From Chiloscyllium plagiosum (taxonomy: Eukaryota), in contig NC_057719.1 of assembly GCF_004010195.1 (NCBI RefSeq), forward strand, positions 79,411,261-79,459,502: a stretch of 48,242 nucleotides of DNA. The letters run 5' to 3'. Position numbers and translations under genes: made by a program. Positions 11,955 through 23,737 of the stretch are shown here, one piece after another. How positions within the stretch are numbered: position 1 is the stretch's first letter; every line of letters starts with the position of its first letter. A model generated the notes under the pieces. That model did no database searches, was not told where the DNA came from, and saw only the letters and a list, made by a program, of their open reading frames with translations.

Positions 11955-13135
11955 AGAACATTGAGCGTAGAACATTACAGCGCAGTACAAGCCCTTCAGC
12001 CCTCGACGTTGTGCTGACCTGTGGAACCAATCTGAAACCCATCTAACCAACACAATTCCATTCTTGTCCATTTAAATGCCCTTAAAGTTGGCAAGGCTAC
12101 TACTATTGCAGGCAGTTTGTACCATGCCCCAACTACTGAGTAGAGAAACTAACTCTGACATCTGTCCTATATCAATCACCCCTCCATTTAAAGCTATGTC
12201 CTCTTGTGCTAGCCATTGCCATCCAAGGAAAAAGGCTCTCACTGTCCAACCTATCTAACCCTCTGATTATCTTATGTCTCAATTAAGTCACCTCTCAACC
12301 TCCTCTCTAACAAATACAGCCTCAAGTCTCTCAGCCTTTCCTCATAAGACCTTCCCTCCATCCCAGGCAACATCTTAGTAAATCTCCTCTGAACCCTTAT
12401 CAAAGCTTCCACATCCTTCCTATAATCCCAGAATTGTATGCAATACTCCAAATGTGGCCGCACCAGAGTTTTGTACAGCTGCAGCATGATCTCATGGTTC
12501 CGAAACTCAATCCCTCGATTAAACAAAAGCTAACACACCGAATAGCTCCTTAACAACCCTGTTAACCTGGGTGGCAACTTTCAGGAATCTGTGTACCTGG
12601 ACACCAAGATCTCTCTGCTCATGTACACTACCAAGAATCTTACCATTAGCCCAGTACTCTGCATTCCTGTTACTCCTTCCAAAGTGAATCACCTCACACT
12701 TTTCTGCATTAAACCCCATTTGCCACCTCTCAGCCCAGCTCTGCTGCTTATCTATGCCTCTCTCTAACCTACTACATCCTTTGTCACTATCCACAACTCT
12801 ACTGACCTTAGTGTCATCCACAAATTTACTAATACCCATCCTTCCTGCCTTCATCCAGGTCATTTATAAAAATGACAAACAATAGTGGACCCAAAGCAGA
12901 TCCTTGCGGTACCCCACTAGTAACTGAACTCCAGGATGAATACTTCCCATCAACCACCACCCTCTGTCTTCTTTCAGCTAGCCAGTTTCTGATCCAAACT
13001 GCTACATCACCCTCAATCCCATGCCTCAGTATTTTGTGCCATAGTCCACCGTGGGGAACCTTATCAAATGCCTTACTGAAATCCACATCAACCACTTTAT
13101 CCTCATCCACCTGTTTGGTCACCTTCTCAAAGAAG
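11955..13135 (-). mobile_element. CR1-clade LINE 3' fragment (RT domain to 3' tail, frameshifted)
   Basis: ORFs contain [40 protein letters not shown] and [13 protein letters not shown]. Confidence 0.9.
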
Positions 13136-13179
13136 GCAGCTAGGGAGGGTTAATAAGGCAAGGAACTAGACCATGAATG

Positions 13180-13775
13180 GCAGGACCCTGGAAAGCACCA
13201 GCTCGGAGAGATCTTGGTGTGCATATTCACAAATCCCTGAAGGGAGCTGGGCAGGTAGGTAAGGTTGTTAAGAAGGTATATAGAATCCTCACCTTTATTA
13301 CCCAAGGCAAAGATGTCAAGAGAAGCCAATTATGCTGGAACTGTTTACAATGGTGGAGTATTGAGCGCGGCTCTGGTCACCACTTTATTGGAAAGGATGT
13401 CATTTGATCTGAGTTTTGAGGAAAAATTAGATGGGCTAGCGTTGTTTCACCTGGTTGCCAAGGTTGAGATGGAGACCTGGTAGAGGTATATAAGATTATG
13501 AGAGACATCGGTTGGATAGGGAGGCACTTTTTGCATTAAAGGAGGTGTCAATAACCAGAGGGTCTAGACTTAAGGCAAGAGGTGGAAGGCTAATCGAGGA
13601 GTTGAGAAAAAAAAAAATTCACTTAGAGGGTGGTGGGAGTTGGATCTTATTGCCTGAAATGATGGTTGAGCCAGAAACTTTAGTAAAATTTACTCTGTAT
13701 TTAAGTATTCACCTGCATTGCTATAGCCTCCAAGGCTGTCGTCCAAGAACCGGGAGCGGGGATTATGGAAGTCAG
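13180..13775 (+). mobile_element. Older, degraded CR1-clade LINE 3' fragment
   Basis: RDLGVHIHKSLK..GQVGKVVKK and SITRG..LKARG remnants. Confidence 0.7.
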
Positions 13776-14091
13776 ATCTTTTGAGATGGCTGTCTTTCTG
13801 TACTGTAGATGACTGAGGTTACGCTGCTTTGAACGTTTGAGATCAAATCCATGCAACCTTCTGTCCAGTAAACCTGTTTTCCTACTTTCAACTAATTTTA
13901 GGTGGCCACAATTGAACCCAACACAGGTAGGAATTCTTATGATATAACCAGAGCTGAGCTGCATGGGAGGAATTGCTAATAATCTGTGATCGATGGTCAT
14001 TGTTGGAAGTGGTCAGTGAGTGCTTGTAAGTTGTAGAATGCCTTAATGAACCTTTGGCCCAATGACTAAACCATTTGATCCCTTCAAACAG

Positions 14092-14427
14092 CACGCAGGC
14101 AGCGATGGAGAGCTTCTGGGCAATAAGGATTCCTTGAATTCATTGACGGGTGTCAGTTCTCTTGGATCTAGTACGAATGAGCCTGAGGGTGAGAGGGATG
14201 ACATTGAGGACAACCTGGCTCATAGCAAAGATTCCTTGGAGCTCCAGAATGCAAGTGACTCCGAGGAAACGGCGAGAGGTACAGAGATTGTCCAAGAAGG
14301 CATGGAGCCGGAAGAGGAATTAATGATAGAGGGCGACCAGGTAGCCGACTTTGCCAGTTCACTGCTGGCTGCCATCTCCTGTTGGCACTATAGAGCCAGG
14401 GCTTTGCTTTCTGCTAAGTTCTCCATG
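14092..14427 (+). CDS. PLEKHG3: PLEKHG3 coding exon: HAGSDGELL...QVADFASSLLAAISCWHYRARALLSAKFSM
   Basis: caaacag|CAC ... ATG|gtgagc; 336 nt, phase 0-0, inside ORF 14062..14604. HAGS and VADFASSLLAA..CWHYRA.ALL match PLEKHG3. Confidence 0.9.
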
Positions 14428-15272
14428 GTGAGCGCCTCTATTTCCGTCTTTCTTTTCTCTGTCCACCTTCCGCATGGAATGAGCTTGGCCGCTTGCTCTG
14501 CTGGTTTGAACCGGCTTGAAGTGGCTGCACCACTAACTTTTAACACCTGCCTGTTATATCTGACGCTGCTGTCCCAGCATGCTCTGCGGCTCAGATTGCC
14601 TTGATGAGGAACACGCTGGATCGTTGGGCAGAATTGCATGCCACTGCCTAGGTACCTTGATCAATACTCAACACTAACATGAAGTCAAGACACCATTAAC
14701 CAATGAACTACTGATTCAGTTGACTTGGACATGTGATGTTGCTTCTTTGGGGTTGCTGGCTTATTTTGAAAACGGATTTCTATCCAATCAATCATGTTCA
14801 CCAGGAAAGGCAAGTCCTCTCACATTTGGCTTTCAACTCAATGTTTCGTAAGGGGCTGAGGAGTTACAAAACAACTCTCTTCCACCTAGTTTAGAGACCA
14901 CCTAGACCTTTCTCTCTGCTGGCACAAGTGGAATCTCCATTTTGGTCAATATTTGGCTATAATTTGGCATTAATGTGAGTCAGAGTCTTAAGTCAGAGAG
15001 ACCCACCGGGGTGGCCCTAGTGGAGAATCAAAATAGCACCCTGTGTAATAAGTGCCCCCTTTGAAGGGTTAAGGAACATTGTTGGCTGTTTTTGCTTTGA
15101 ATGTAACTTGTGTTGTACCTGACTTAGACAATGCTTGATGGGAGCTCTATCTGTCACTTAACACCTGTTGTGCCAAGGGGTGTTAATAGATCAGCGTAGA
15201 AGGAAGCCTACTTTATAGTTAGCCTGCCACTGCCCTGAATGCTTTTGTTAGAAAGTATTAGAGGGAGCTTTT

Positions 15273-16345
15273 CTATCAATCTGGACTGGAAGTGAAATGA
15301 TATGCCAGAGGTTAAAAGCAGGCTGTACTGCCTCTCCCTTAGCAAGAAATGCTGCTTGGAAATACTTGCCCAAATAACCTGGACGTTCTTAATGTTTACA
15401 TTGGATATCATAAAACATAGCAGCAGTAGTAGGCCACTCAGCCCATCCCAGTCTGCTCTGCCATTCAATGAGGTCATGGCTGATCTCCTAAACCTCAACT
15501 TCACTTTCCTGCTTTTCCTCTAAACCTTTGATTCCCTGACTGATTAAAAGTCTGTCTATCTTATCACTGAATATACTTAATTACCCAGCCTCTACAGCCC
15601 TCGGTTGTAAAGAATTCCACAGATTCACTCCCATCTGAGAGAAGAAATTCCTCCCTCATCTCTGTCTTAACTGGGCGACCCAAAGTATAACTTCCATCCC
15701 ATACAGTGGCATTCCTTAGATTAATAATTCCAGCATCTCATCATACATTGTTGTGCTGGTTGGAAAATGAATCTTTTCAGATAAGACTGAGAGAAATTAC
15801 TTGATGTTGAAAGTTTTGGATTTCAAATCATAGCTTTCTGGAACGGTGCTCTAGTTATCTGATGGATTGATAATAGTGTTAAATAACGAAGCTCAAAAGT
15901 TGTTTTCGTGTGCTTATCTGTGTGAGGGATGTTAGTGATGAAGAATGGAATATTGTTTTGACTCTGGAAACCACACATTAGCATCAGGCAGAGTCTAGTT
16001 GGACTAAAGGTAACAGGTTCCTTCTCATGTCTCAATAGTTTAAATGAACTCTCCCACCCAAAAAAAGCTTCCAATGTATCATTTCCAACTCACTTGACTG
16101 GCGTGTTACTGTTTTAGCCTCTAACCTGCAGCTTGAAATTCCTAATGTACTGCCAAATTTGTGGATAGGAAGATGGGAGTGGAGTTATGCTATAGCCCAC
16201 ACCAAGTAGGTTAGTGACTGCCTGTTTGGTTTAGAAAAACCAGCTCTGGCCTATCAATCTGGACTGAAGAAGAAACAACATTCCAGAGGTTAAATGTAGA
16301 CTGTACTGCCTCTCCCTTAGCAAGAAAAGCTATTTGGAAATATTT
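15273..16345 (+). repeat. Pair of 95-bp direct repeats (15273-15367 and 16251-16345)
   Basis: Ungapped hand alignment gives 80/95 identity, including an identical 27-mer. Confidence 0.85.
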
Positions 16346-17439
16346 AGAAGTGCCATGACCAGAAGCAGGCCATCATTTCATGTTAATCATCCTAACCATG
16401 TTTACCTACCCTCTTCACACATCATTCCATCCATATTTGTCCAATCAAATCTTGAACGTTAACATAGTTTCTGACTTGATCACAGACACTGAAAGAGAAT
16501 TCCAGTCATGATTCTCTGCTGTAACAACATTTCTCTTTCCCTTTTTTTTTTTAAATTCTGTTTCGTTTTAAATTCTTGACTACTGAAACTTGACTATCTG
16601 GCCTGTCCCATTCTTTCATACTTTTAATTCTTTGATCATATCTTTCGTAATGGGATCATGACAAAATCCCTTCAAGTCTGTCTTCACTTTTGTGTTTCCT
16701 CATACTAGATGGCATTCTAGTTAATCTACGTTGTACCCTCTTTCTGACTATTTATTATGTTTCCTCTAATGTGGAGCCCAATATTGCACATCGTATTCTG
16801 AGATTTACTATAGTTTCAACTTGCCTATTAAATTCTATATATTTTACGATTTAAAACACAAAACTCCATCAGCATTTTCTGTAGATTTATATACCTCATG
16901 AAAGGCATCAGTAAGCCAGATGGGTTTTACAACAATCCTGCAGTTTCATGAATGAGAGAGTAATTTATTCCACATTTAATTAATTTATTCGATGCTGATT
17001 TATTAGCTGCAGTGTTGAGTTTCTGGAGCAGGAGTTCTAGCCTCTCGATTACTAGTCCAGTAACACTGAGTATATGAAGTACAGGGACAGGAGCAATATG
17101 TTACCCTGTTCCTTTCAAATGACCAACGCTCTAATGACTTCTCATGTGGAATTTGCTTATTTTTTGCCCTTTGCAATATCTATGCAAATGCGTCCCACTC
17201 GATCCCGAGGCCAATTTCTTCATCTGCCTCACTTCAACTTATTGATTCTTCACCTTTCTTAGTGTTCTAGTTTTTTCACTGACCTTTTACTATTTTGTTA
17301 AATTATAAACCTAGTCATAGCAGATTTAGTTAATAGGTTTCGTTATTTATTTCAAATTTTTACTTCTAAGGGCTGTTGATTGGTTAATTTTGCATCCTCT
17401 CATTCCACCCCCCCCCAGTATGAAACTTCACCAATCACA

Positions 17440-18150
17440 GATTTGCTGCAGATCAAAGCAAAGCCATTCAGCCCATCGACTCTCCAAATGAACATATCGC
17501 CTCCTGCCATTCTCCCATCAGCTCTCCATTGCCTTTCACATTTTTCCTTTTCAGATAACTGTCTGATTTCCTCTTGGATACTTCTATTGAACCCGCCTCC
17601 TCCACACTGTCAGGCAGTGCAGTCCAGATCTTGACCACTCACTGTGTGAAGAGCTTTTCCTCCTATCACCTTTTGCTTCTTTCACCAGTCACTTTGAAAA
17701 CAAGCAGGCATTGATTTAATCGTTTCCTCTGTCAAGACCCCTCTTGGTTTTGAATATCTCTATTAGATCTCTTTCAGCCTTTCCTTCTCTGAAGAAAACA
17801 CTCTGAACTGCTATCTTATTCTGAAAATGCAATCGCTGAAATCATTCTCCTGAATCTTTTCTGCGCATTCTCTCCAATGCCTTCGTACCATTCCAAAAGG
17901 CGTTCTAAAATTGAATGCAGTGCTCCAGTTGAGGCTAAACTAGTGTCCTGTACAAGTTCAACATAACCTCCTCTCTAATACTCTATGCCCCTATTAATAA
18001 AGCCTAAGATACCGTATGCTTTATTATCCATGCTCTCAACTTCTCCTGCTACCTTCAATGGCTAATGCACGTATGCTCCTCTGCTCCTAAAGCAGTCCCT
18101 TAGATTGCACCCTTTATATCATCTGTCCATGTTCTCCCTGCCAAAATAAA
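17440..18150 (-). mobile_element. Degraded CR1-clade LINE 3' fragment
   Basis: On the minus strand, gaggttatgttgaacttgtacaggacactagtttagcctcaactggagcactg is a remnant of LYRTLV.PQLE. Confidence 0.65.
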
Positions 18151-18213
18151 TCCCAAATTCTGTGTTTGTCCTATGGCTTTACTCGTTCTATAACCAGCTC
18201 TCTCCCTCATCAA

Positions 18214-18527
18214 GGGCGGCATGTGGCTCAGTGGTTAGCACTGCAGCCTCACAGCACCAGGGTCCCAGGTTCAATTCTAACCTTGGATGACTGTGTGGAG
18301 TTTGCACATTCTCTCCGTGTCTGCATAGGTTTCCTCCGAGTGCTCCGGTTTCTTCCCACAGTCCAAAAATGTGCAAGGTGAATTGGCCATGCTAAATTGT
18401 CCATAATATTAGGTGCATTAGTCAGAGGGAAATGGGCCTGGGTGGGTTACTCTTCAGAGGGTCGGTGTGGACTGGTTGGGCCAAAGGGCCTGTTTCCACA
18501 CTGTAGGGAATCTAATCTCTAATCTAA
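18214..18527 (+). mobile_element. HE1-type SINE
   Basis: Full head and core, ending in a (tctaa)n tail. Confidence 0.88.
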
Positions 18528-19022
18528 ACAGATGTGCAAATCTGATGGCCATTAGAAGGCACTATAAGGGAAACCAAATATGCTTGCTCCCTGACAATGC
18601 CTCAGACAGGTGAAACCAGTCCAGGAGGTCATGAAGTCCAAGTGTTATTTATAAAGATGCTTGCCTTCTAAATGATGTTATTCCTAGCCCGGCCGAGTTA
18701 CTGGTAATCCTGCTGGAATCTCATTTAAACAGCATGTGCATGTTTCACGGTGCTAACCCAAAGCTGTTAATCTATAACCTGCTTTTAACAGGACAACCTA
18801 ATTGTTGGATTTAGTTTGGCAATATCAGTTGGGGAACACAACCAATATTACAGGAAGGGGCTCGGGCTAAGACTCACCAGCGATGCAGCTCACCCAGTCT
18901 TTGGGATTCTGGGAGGGGGTGAAGGTGGGAAGGAGGAAAGGGAAGGGGCTAGGCATTTGTAACTGCCTTGGTTTATTACCCACAGTTTCTTGTTTGTCTC
19001 ACATGGTGTCCTTCTCCACTAG

Positions 19023-19139
19023 ACTGAAGATCCTGTTGAACTACAGGATGTCAAAGGATGCAAGCGGCAGAACAGTCAGCCCTCTGGAAATCCAGAGAAG
19101 CGCAGGGGCTGGGACAGTGATTCCAATGTCTCTGAAGAG
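19023..19139 (+). CDS. PLEKHG3: PLEKHG3 coding exon: TEDPVELQDVKGCKRQNSQPSGNPEKRRGWDSDSNVSEE
   Basis: ccttctccactag|ACT ... GAG|gtatgt; 117 nt, phase 0-0, no stops. Similar in position and size to the mammalian exon containing ..TEKR.., though sequence similarity is low. Confidence 0.78.
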
Positions 19140-19294
19140 GTATGTACATTAAAGTTGAGAAAAATCACCGGTGTCCACTGTTCAGAAAGAAAGAACTTGT
19201 TAATAGTTGTGTGTCAGTGAGGCATTCAGGTTATTATATATTAACTGGGAACTAACTTTGCTGTCACAGATATAAATGGATTGAAAGGAATGTT

Positions 19295-19690
19295 TTGATT
19301 TGATCTGATTTATTAATGTCACATGTAGCTAGGTAGAGTGAAGAGTTTTTCTGATCTGCAGTACTGGCAGATCATACCATACAAAATGCATTAGGTAATA
19401 GAACAGAGCGAGGAATACAGTGTTACTGCTGCAGAGAAGGTGCACAAAGATCGAGATAAGTATTAAATTTAAAATTTGAAAGGTCCATTCAGAAGTCTAA
19501 TAACAGTGGGGAAGAAGCTGTTCTTGAATCTATTGGTACGTGTGTTTAAGCTTTTGTACCCTCTGCCCGATGGAAGAGATGATAACCGGGGTGGGAGGGG
19601 TCTTTGATTATGTTGGATGCCTTTAAGGCAATGAGAAGTATAGATGGAGTCATTGGATGGAAAGTTGGCTTTTGTGATGGACTGGGCTGA
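19295..19690 (-). mobile_element. 3' fragment of a different non-LTR retroelement (Rex1/Babar- or L2-like)
   Basis: (atcaa)n-type tail, plus a minus-strand remnant reading LPSGRGYKSLNTRTNRFKNSFFPTVIRLLN, typical of non-LTR RT C-termini. Confidence 0.6.
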
Positions 19691-20846
19691 TGGAAGGGGT
19701 TACACTGTGTTTTCTCTATAAATAAAGGCTTGGGGGTGTATCAAGACAAGGGATTCAGTGGTCTATCCTTCACTACTTAGCTCTCTAGTTTCTAATAAGT
19801 CCCTTTTCACAACCTCTGCATGCTGATCTCTACGAGACCAGTATTTCTTCCAAGAGTGACCAGCTGGGCAGGTCACTGCAGTGTTTGCTGCACTTGGGTG
19901 TAGTGCATGAGGTGATGCCCCCTAGCGAGGATTGGGGCATGATTTTGATGAGAACTGAGCACCTTGTCAAAACAAGCCTCTTTCTCATCCTTTTTTAGAT
20001 TGCACCTTTTCAACAATTTCAGGACTTCTTTGCCAGTCTAACACAATGTTAAGAAATGAGATGGCCAATTTCTGCACAGCAAGATTCCACAGTAACAATA
20101 TGTTGATGAACGATTCATCTGTTTTAGCTATACCAGGGATGAACACCAGCAGGACACCCTTTCTTCAAACAGTGCCAAGGGATGTTTTCCATCTACCTGT
20201 GAGGGCTTGATGGTTTAACATTTTGCCCAAAAGACAATGCAGCATTCCTTCAGCCTGGAAGAATCAGATGGATTTCTGTCACAGAGTCATTTATGCTACA
20301 GAAGGAAGCCATTTGGCTTGCTGTGTTGACGCCAGTCAGTCCCAATCTCCATCCCCATTACTCTGCAAGTTTACTTCCTTTGAGTGTGGATCCCAGTTTG
20401 TTTAGAAATTATTGTTTCTACTTCCACCACTCTCTTCGGAAACAAGCTCCCAGATCATTAACATTCACCGGGAGCAACGTTCCCCTGCATCTCTTGCCCA
20501 AAACACTAAATCTGCATCTTTCAGCCCTCATACCATTGGCTGTAACTTTTGTTTTTGTCCACATCCTATAAACACTTCATAATTTTTTACTCTTCTGTCA
20601 AATTCCCCTCCACTTCCTTTGGTCCTATGAGAACAACCCTAGTTTTTTTAACCTAATCTTGTAATTAAAATCTCCTAACACTGGGACGATTCTGGTAAAT
20701 CTCCACTGTACCCTGTTAAGAACCCAGTGATCCTGCATAAAATGTGGTGTGGTGACAAGGGCTAGATGTAATACGCTAGGTGACCACAGCTTTATGTGGT
20801 TTTGGCTAAACAACTCTGCTTCTGTACTCAATGCCTTCATTGATTA

Positions 20847-20976
20847 ATGATTCGGAGATGCCGGTGTTGGACTGGGGTGTACAAAGTTAAAAATCACACA
20901 ACACCAGGTTATAGTCCAACAGGTTTAATTGGAAGTACACTAGCTTTCGGAGCGACGCTCCTTCATCAGGTGATTG
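20847..20976 (-). mobile_element. Short Penelope-like terminal-repeat insertion carrying a hammerhead motif
   Basis: A 130-bp block that interrupts an old CR1 and contains CTGATGA-stem-GAAA on the minus strand. Confidence 0.65.
20938..20972 (-). ncRNA. Minimal type I hammerhead ribozyme motif
   Basis: Minus strand: CAC CUGAUGA A GGAGC GUC GCUCC GAAA GC UA GUG. Intact core, 5-bp stem II, palindromic loopless stem III, CAC/GUG stem I. Confidence 0.7.
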
Positions 20977-21358
20977 CATCTCACTCCTGCCTGCTTATTC
21001 TGCTGGTCTATCTATGGCATGTTGCAGGCAATTCATATTGTCCTCGCTGTTTGCCATTTCTGCAAGTGTGATATCTTGGCATACTTTGAATTCTACTTTG
21101 CATTTGAAGTTCCAGATCATTCACGCACAGCAAAACAAGAATCAGTGATTGTTGCACTACTCCATGGGGAACACCTTTGCCTCCCATCCTCCAGTCTGGA
21201 AAATAACCATTTACCATGATTTGCTGCTTTCCATCCTGAAACCAACTGTTTTAACCAGTTGGATCCTGACTCTCCTATTCCTTGATTTTAGTTAACCACC
21301 CTTTCATGTGTTTTATCAAATGATTTCCTAAAATCCACATAGACTACATTCACTGCGT

Positions 21359-21514
21359 GGTAAAAACAATGACTGCAGCTCCTGGAAACCAGATTCTGGA
21401 TCAGTGGTGCTGGAAGAGCACAGCAATTCAGGCAGCATCCGACGAGCAGCAAAATCGACGTTTCGGGCAAAAGCCCTTCATCAGGAATAAAGCTTTATTC
21501 CTGATGAAGGGCTT
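21359..21514 (-). mobile_element. 156-bp Penelope-like insertion with a 15-bp target-site duplication and a terminal palindrome
   Basis: ctacattcactgcgt at 21344-21358 and 21515-21529; perfect 44-bp palindrome at 21471-21514. Confidence 0.85.
21453..21488 (-). ncRNA. Minimal type I hammerhead ribozyme motif
   Basis: Minus strand: AUUC CUGAUGA A GGGC UUUU GCCC GAAA C GUC GAUU. Confidence 0.7.
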
Positions 21515-21889
21515 CTACATTCACTGCGTTCCCATTATCCAACCTCTGTTATTTCGTGAAAAAAAAATGCATTCATTTAGTAAAACACAATCTGTCTTTT
21601 ACAAATCCTCCTTAATTATCCAAAATTCTCCAAGTGAGTTTGATTTTCACCTGATTATTGTTTCTAAACCTTTGCCTATTGTTGCCACTAAATGAACCAG
21701 CCAGTGGTTTCTCAGACTTAGCAGATGACTTATCTACCCTAGACACAACCAACCCATCCAATAATAACAATCTCTCAATCTTCACCCTGTCCAATGATTC
21801 TGCAAACTCCACTTTCACTGATATTTTGTTAGATTTCTCTTGCTTATTAAACAGAAATACAAAGAATTATCACCATCTTTGTCCTGATA

Positions 21890-22200
21890 AATAGAACATA
21901 GAACTGTACAGCATGGGAACAGGTACTTTGGTCCACGACACTGTGCTGAGTATGACACCAAATTAGACTAATCCCTTTTGCCTGCCCTTGGTCCATATCC
22001 CTCCCTTCCTTGCATATTCATGTGCTTATCTGAAAGCCCCTTATACACCTCTCCTGGAAGCACATTCCAGACTTCCAGCATATTCTGTGTAGAAAAAAAA
22101 CATGCCCCTCACATCTTCTTTGAACTTTCCCCCTCTCAACTTAGATACATGCCTCCTAGTATTGGACATTTCAACTCTGGGGAAAAGGACTCTGACCGCC
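21890..22200 (-). mobile_element. CR1-clade LINE 3' end
   Basis: atagaacatagaactgtacagc tail followed by RT C-terminal remnants. Confidence 0.65.
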
Positions 22201-23737
22201 ATTCTATCTTATTCACTCAGTCCTGTTTCCCTGCTCTTTCCCCATAGTTCTGAAATGATCCCTCTCCAATTATTTATCCAGTTCCCCACTTTGAATCTGT
22301 TTCCACCATGTTCAGGCAGGGCAATGTAGATCACTATAACTACTTGGGGTGGTAAGCTACTTCTTCTCATTTCACCTTTGGTGCTTTTGCCGATTATCCT
22401 AAATCTGTTTCCTCTGGTTAGTGATCAGTATCGCCTCTAAATGTCCTTCATACCGAGTGGGCTACAAACCCCTTTGTGAGCATCTCCTTTGCCCATGTGG
22501 AGCGGCCTGATTATTTCAGCGTGTCGTACATTCCAAGCTGTGTGGTTACCTATGCACCAACTCAGGGAGAAAATTGGTCTTTTCCCATTGGTCCCATTTC
22601 ACTGCCACCTCTGGTTTCAATCAACCGCTGCTGAGCAGTTGATACTACACTTCTATTCGAACATATCCCAACCTACTTATCTTCCTGTTGGTCATATTAT
22701 CTCGCTGTCACTCGCTCACTCCACACATTCTAACCTATCACTTCTCACACCTCCATTTAGCCTCTCTGTTTGACTTCCACACTCTCATATCCTACTTGAT
22801 TCCTCCGATTACTACTTCCATTCTATCTCTCCTCACGTTTGTCCCAACCATTTCTCTTCACACATCCTACATCTGGACTGTACACTCTCCTTTCCTGATC
22901 ACTTACATGAGATTAGGTGAAATCCAAAAGCAGTATAGAGGAGGCAGTCGGTCTGATTTGGTGTCATACTCGGCGCAGTGTCGTGGGCCAAAGGGCCTGT
23001 TCCCATGCTGTACTGTTCTATGTCCTATTTATCAGTACAAAGCTGGTGATAGTTCTTAGTATTTCTGCTTAATAAGGAAGAGAAGTCAAAGAAAATATCA
23101 GTGAAAGTGGAGATTGTAGAAGCATTGGACAGGGTGAAGATTGTGAGAGTTAGTACCGGATGGATTGGTTGTGTTTAGGGTAGATAGCATCCGGGTTTGG
23201 GTCAGAAACAGCCTTAGGCACCCATTCATCTCGCCAAACAGTGAAATAAAACTCCTCCACTCTGCTCATCCACCATTGATTAATCTAGACAACTATCAAT
23301 TAACCTCAGGCTGGTGTATATTGGCTGTGTCCCATGCATCATAACCCTGCCTTCCAGAAGTCATTAGGTGCTTGTTGAGACTAACTCTATCTTCACCTTT
23401 ACTGCAGATGGTGTGTGTGTTTGTCTATGACAGCCTGTACCCACTGAATTTTGTGACCTTTAGTCACTGTGTTCTTCCACAGAGTCGCAGAGACAAAAAT
23501 GGATGATGACGTAGTGTGTACATAGGGAGCGTGTGGGAGTAGGAGAATTAGTGCTAGTTTTATAGCCTCATCTCCAAGCCATAAACCTTCCTGAGTCCTG
23601 TACAGTGGAGGAGGGCTGGGTGAATCTATTTATATCTGCTGGTATCACTCACTCTCTCTTAAAAGGGACATTCTCCAATTATTAATGTGTAGTATTGACA
23701 ACCTATTCAGCCTCTCCGTATTCTATTAACTTCTCAG

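Larger units (their letters stand above)
20280..21850 (-). mobile_element. Old CR1-clade LINE fragment hosting two younger Penelope-like insertions
   Basis: Remnants RVQWRFTRIVP, GVPHG and AVNVVYVDFRKSFDK on the minus strand. Confidence 0.65.

Noticed and set aside
18214..18290. tRNA-like sequence with A and B boxes (also at the other SINE heads)
   Set aside because: It continues directly into SINE core and tail sequence, so it is a SINE head rather than a tRNA gene.
19916..19928. Second CTCF-like core (tgccccctagcga)
   Set aside because: Mismatch at a conserved core position and no supporting upstream motif, so it is plausible by chance.
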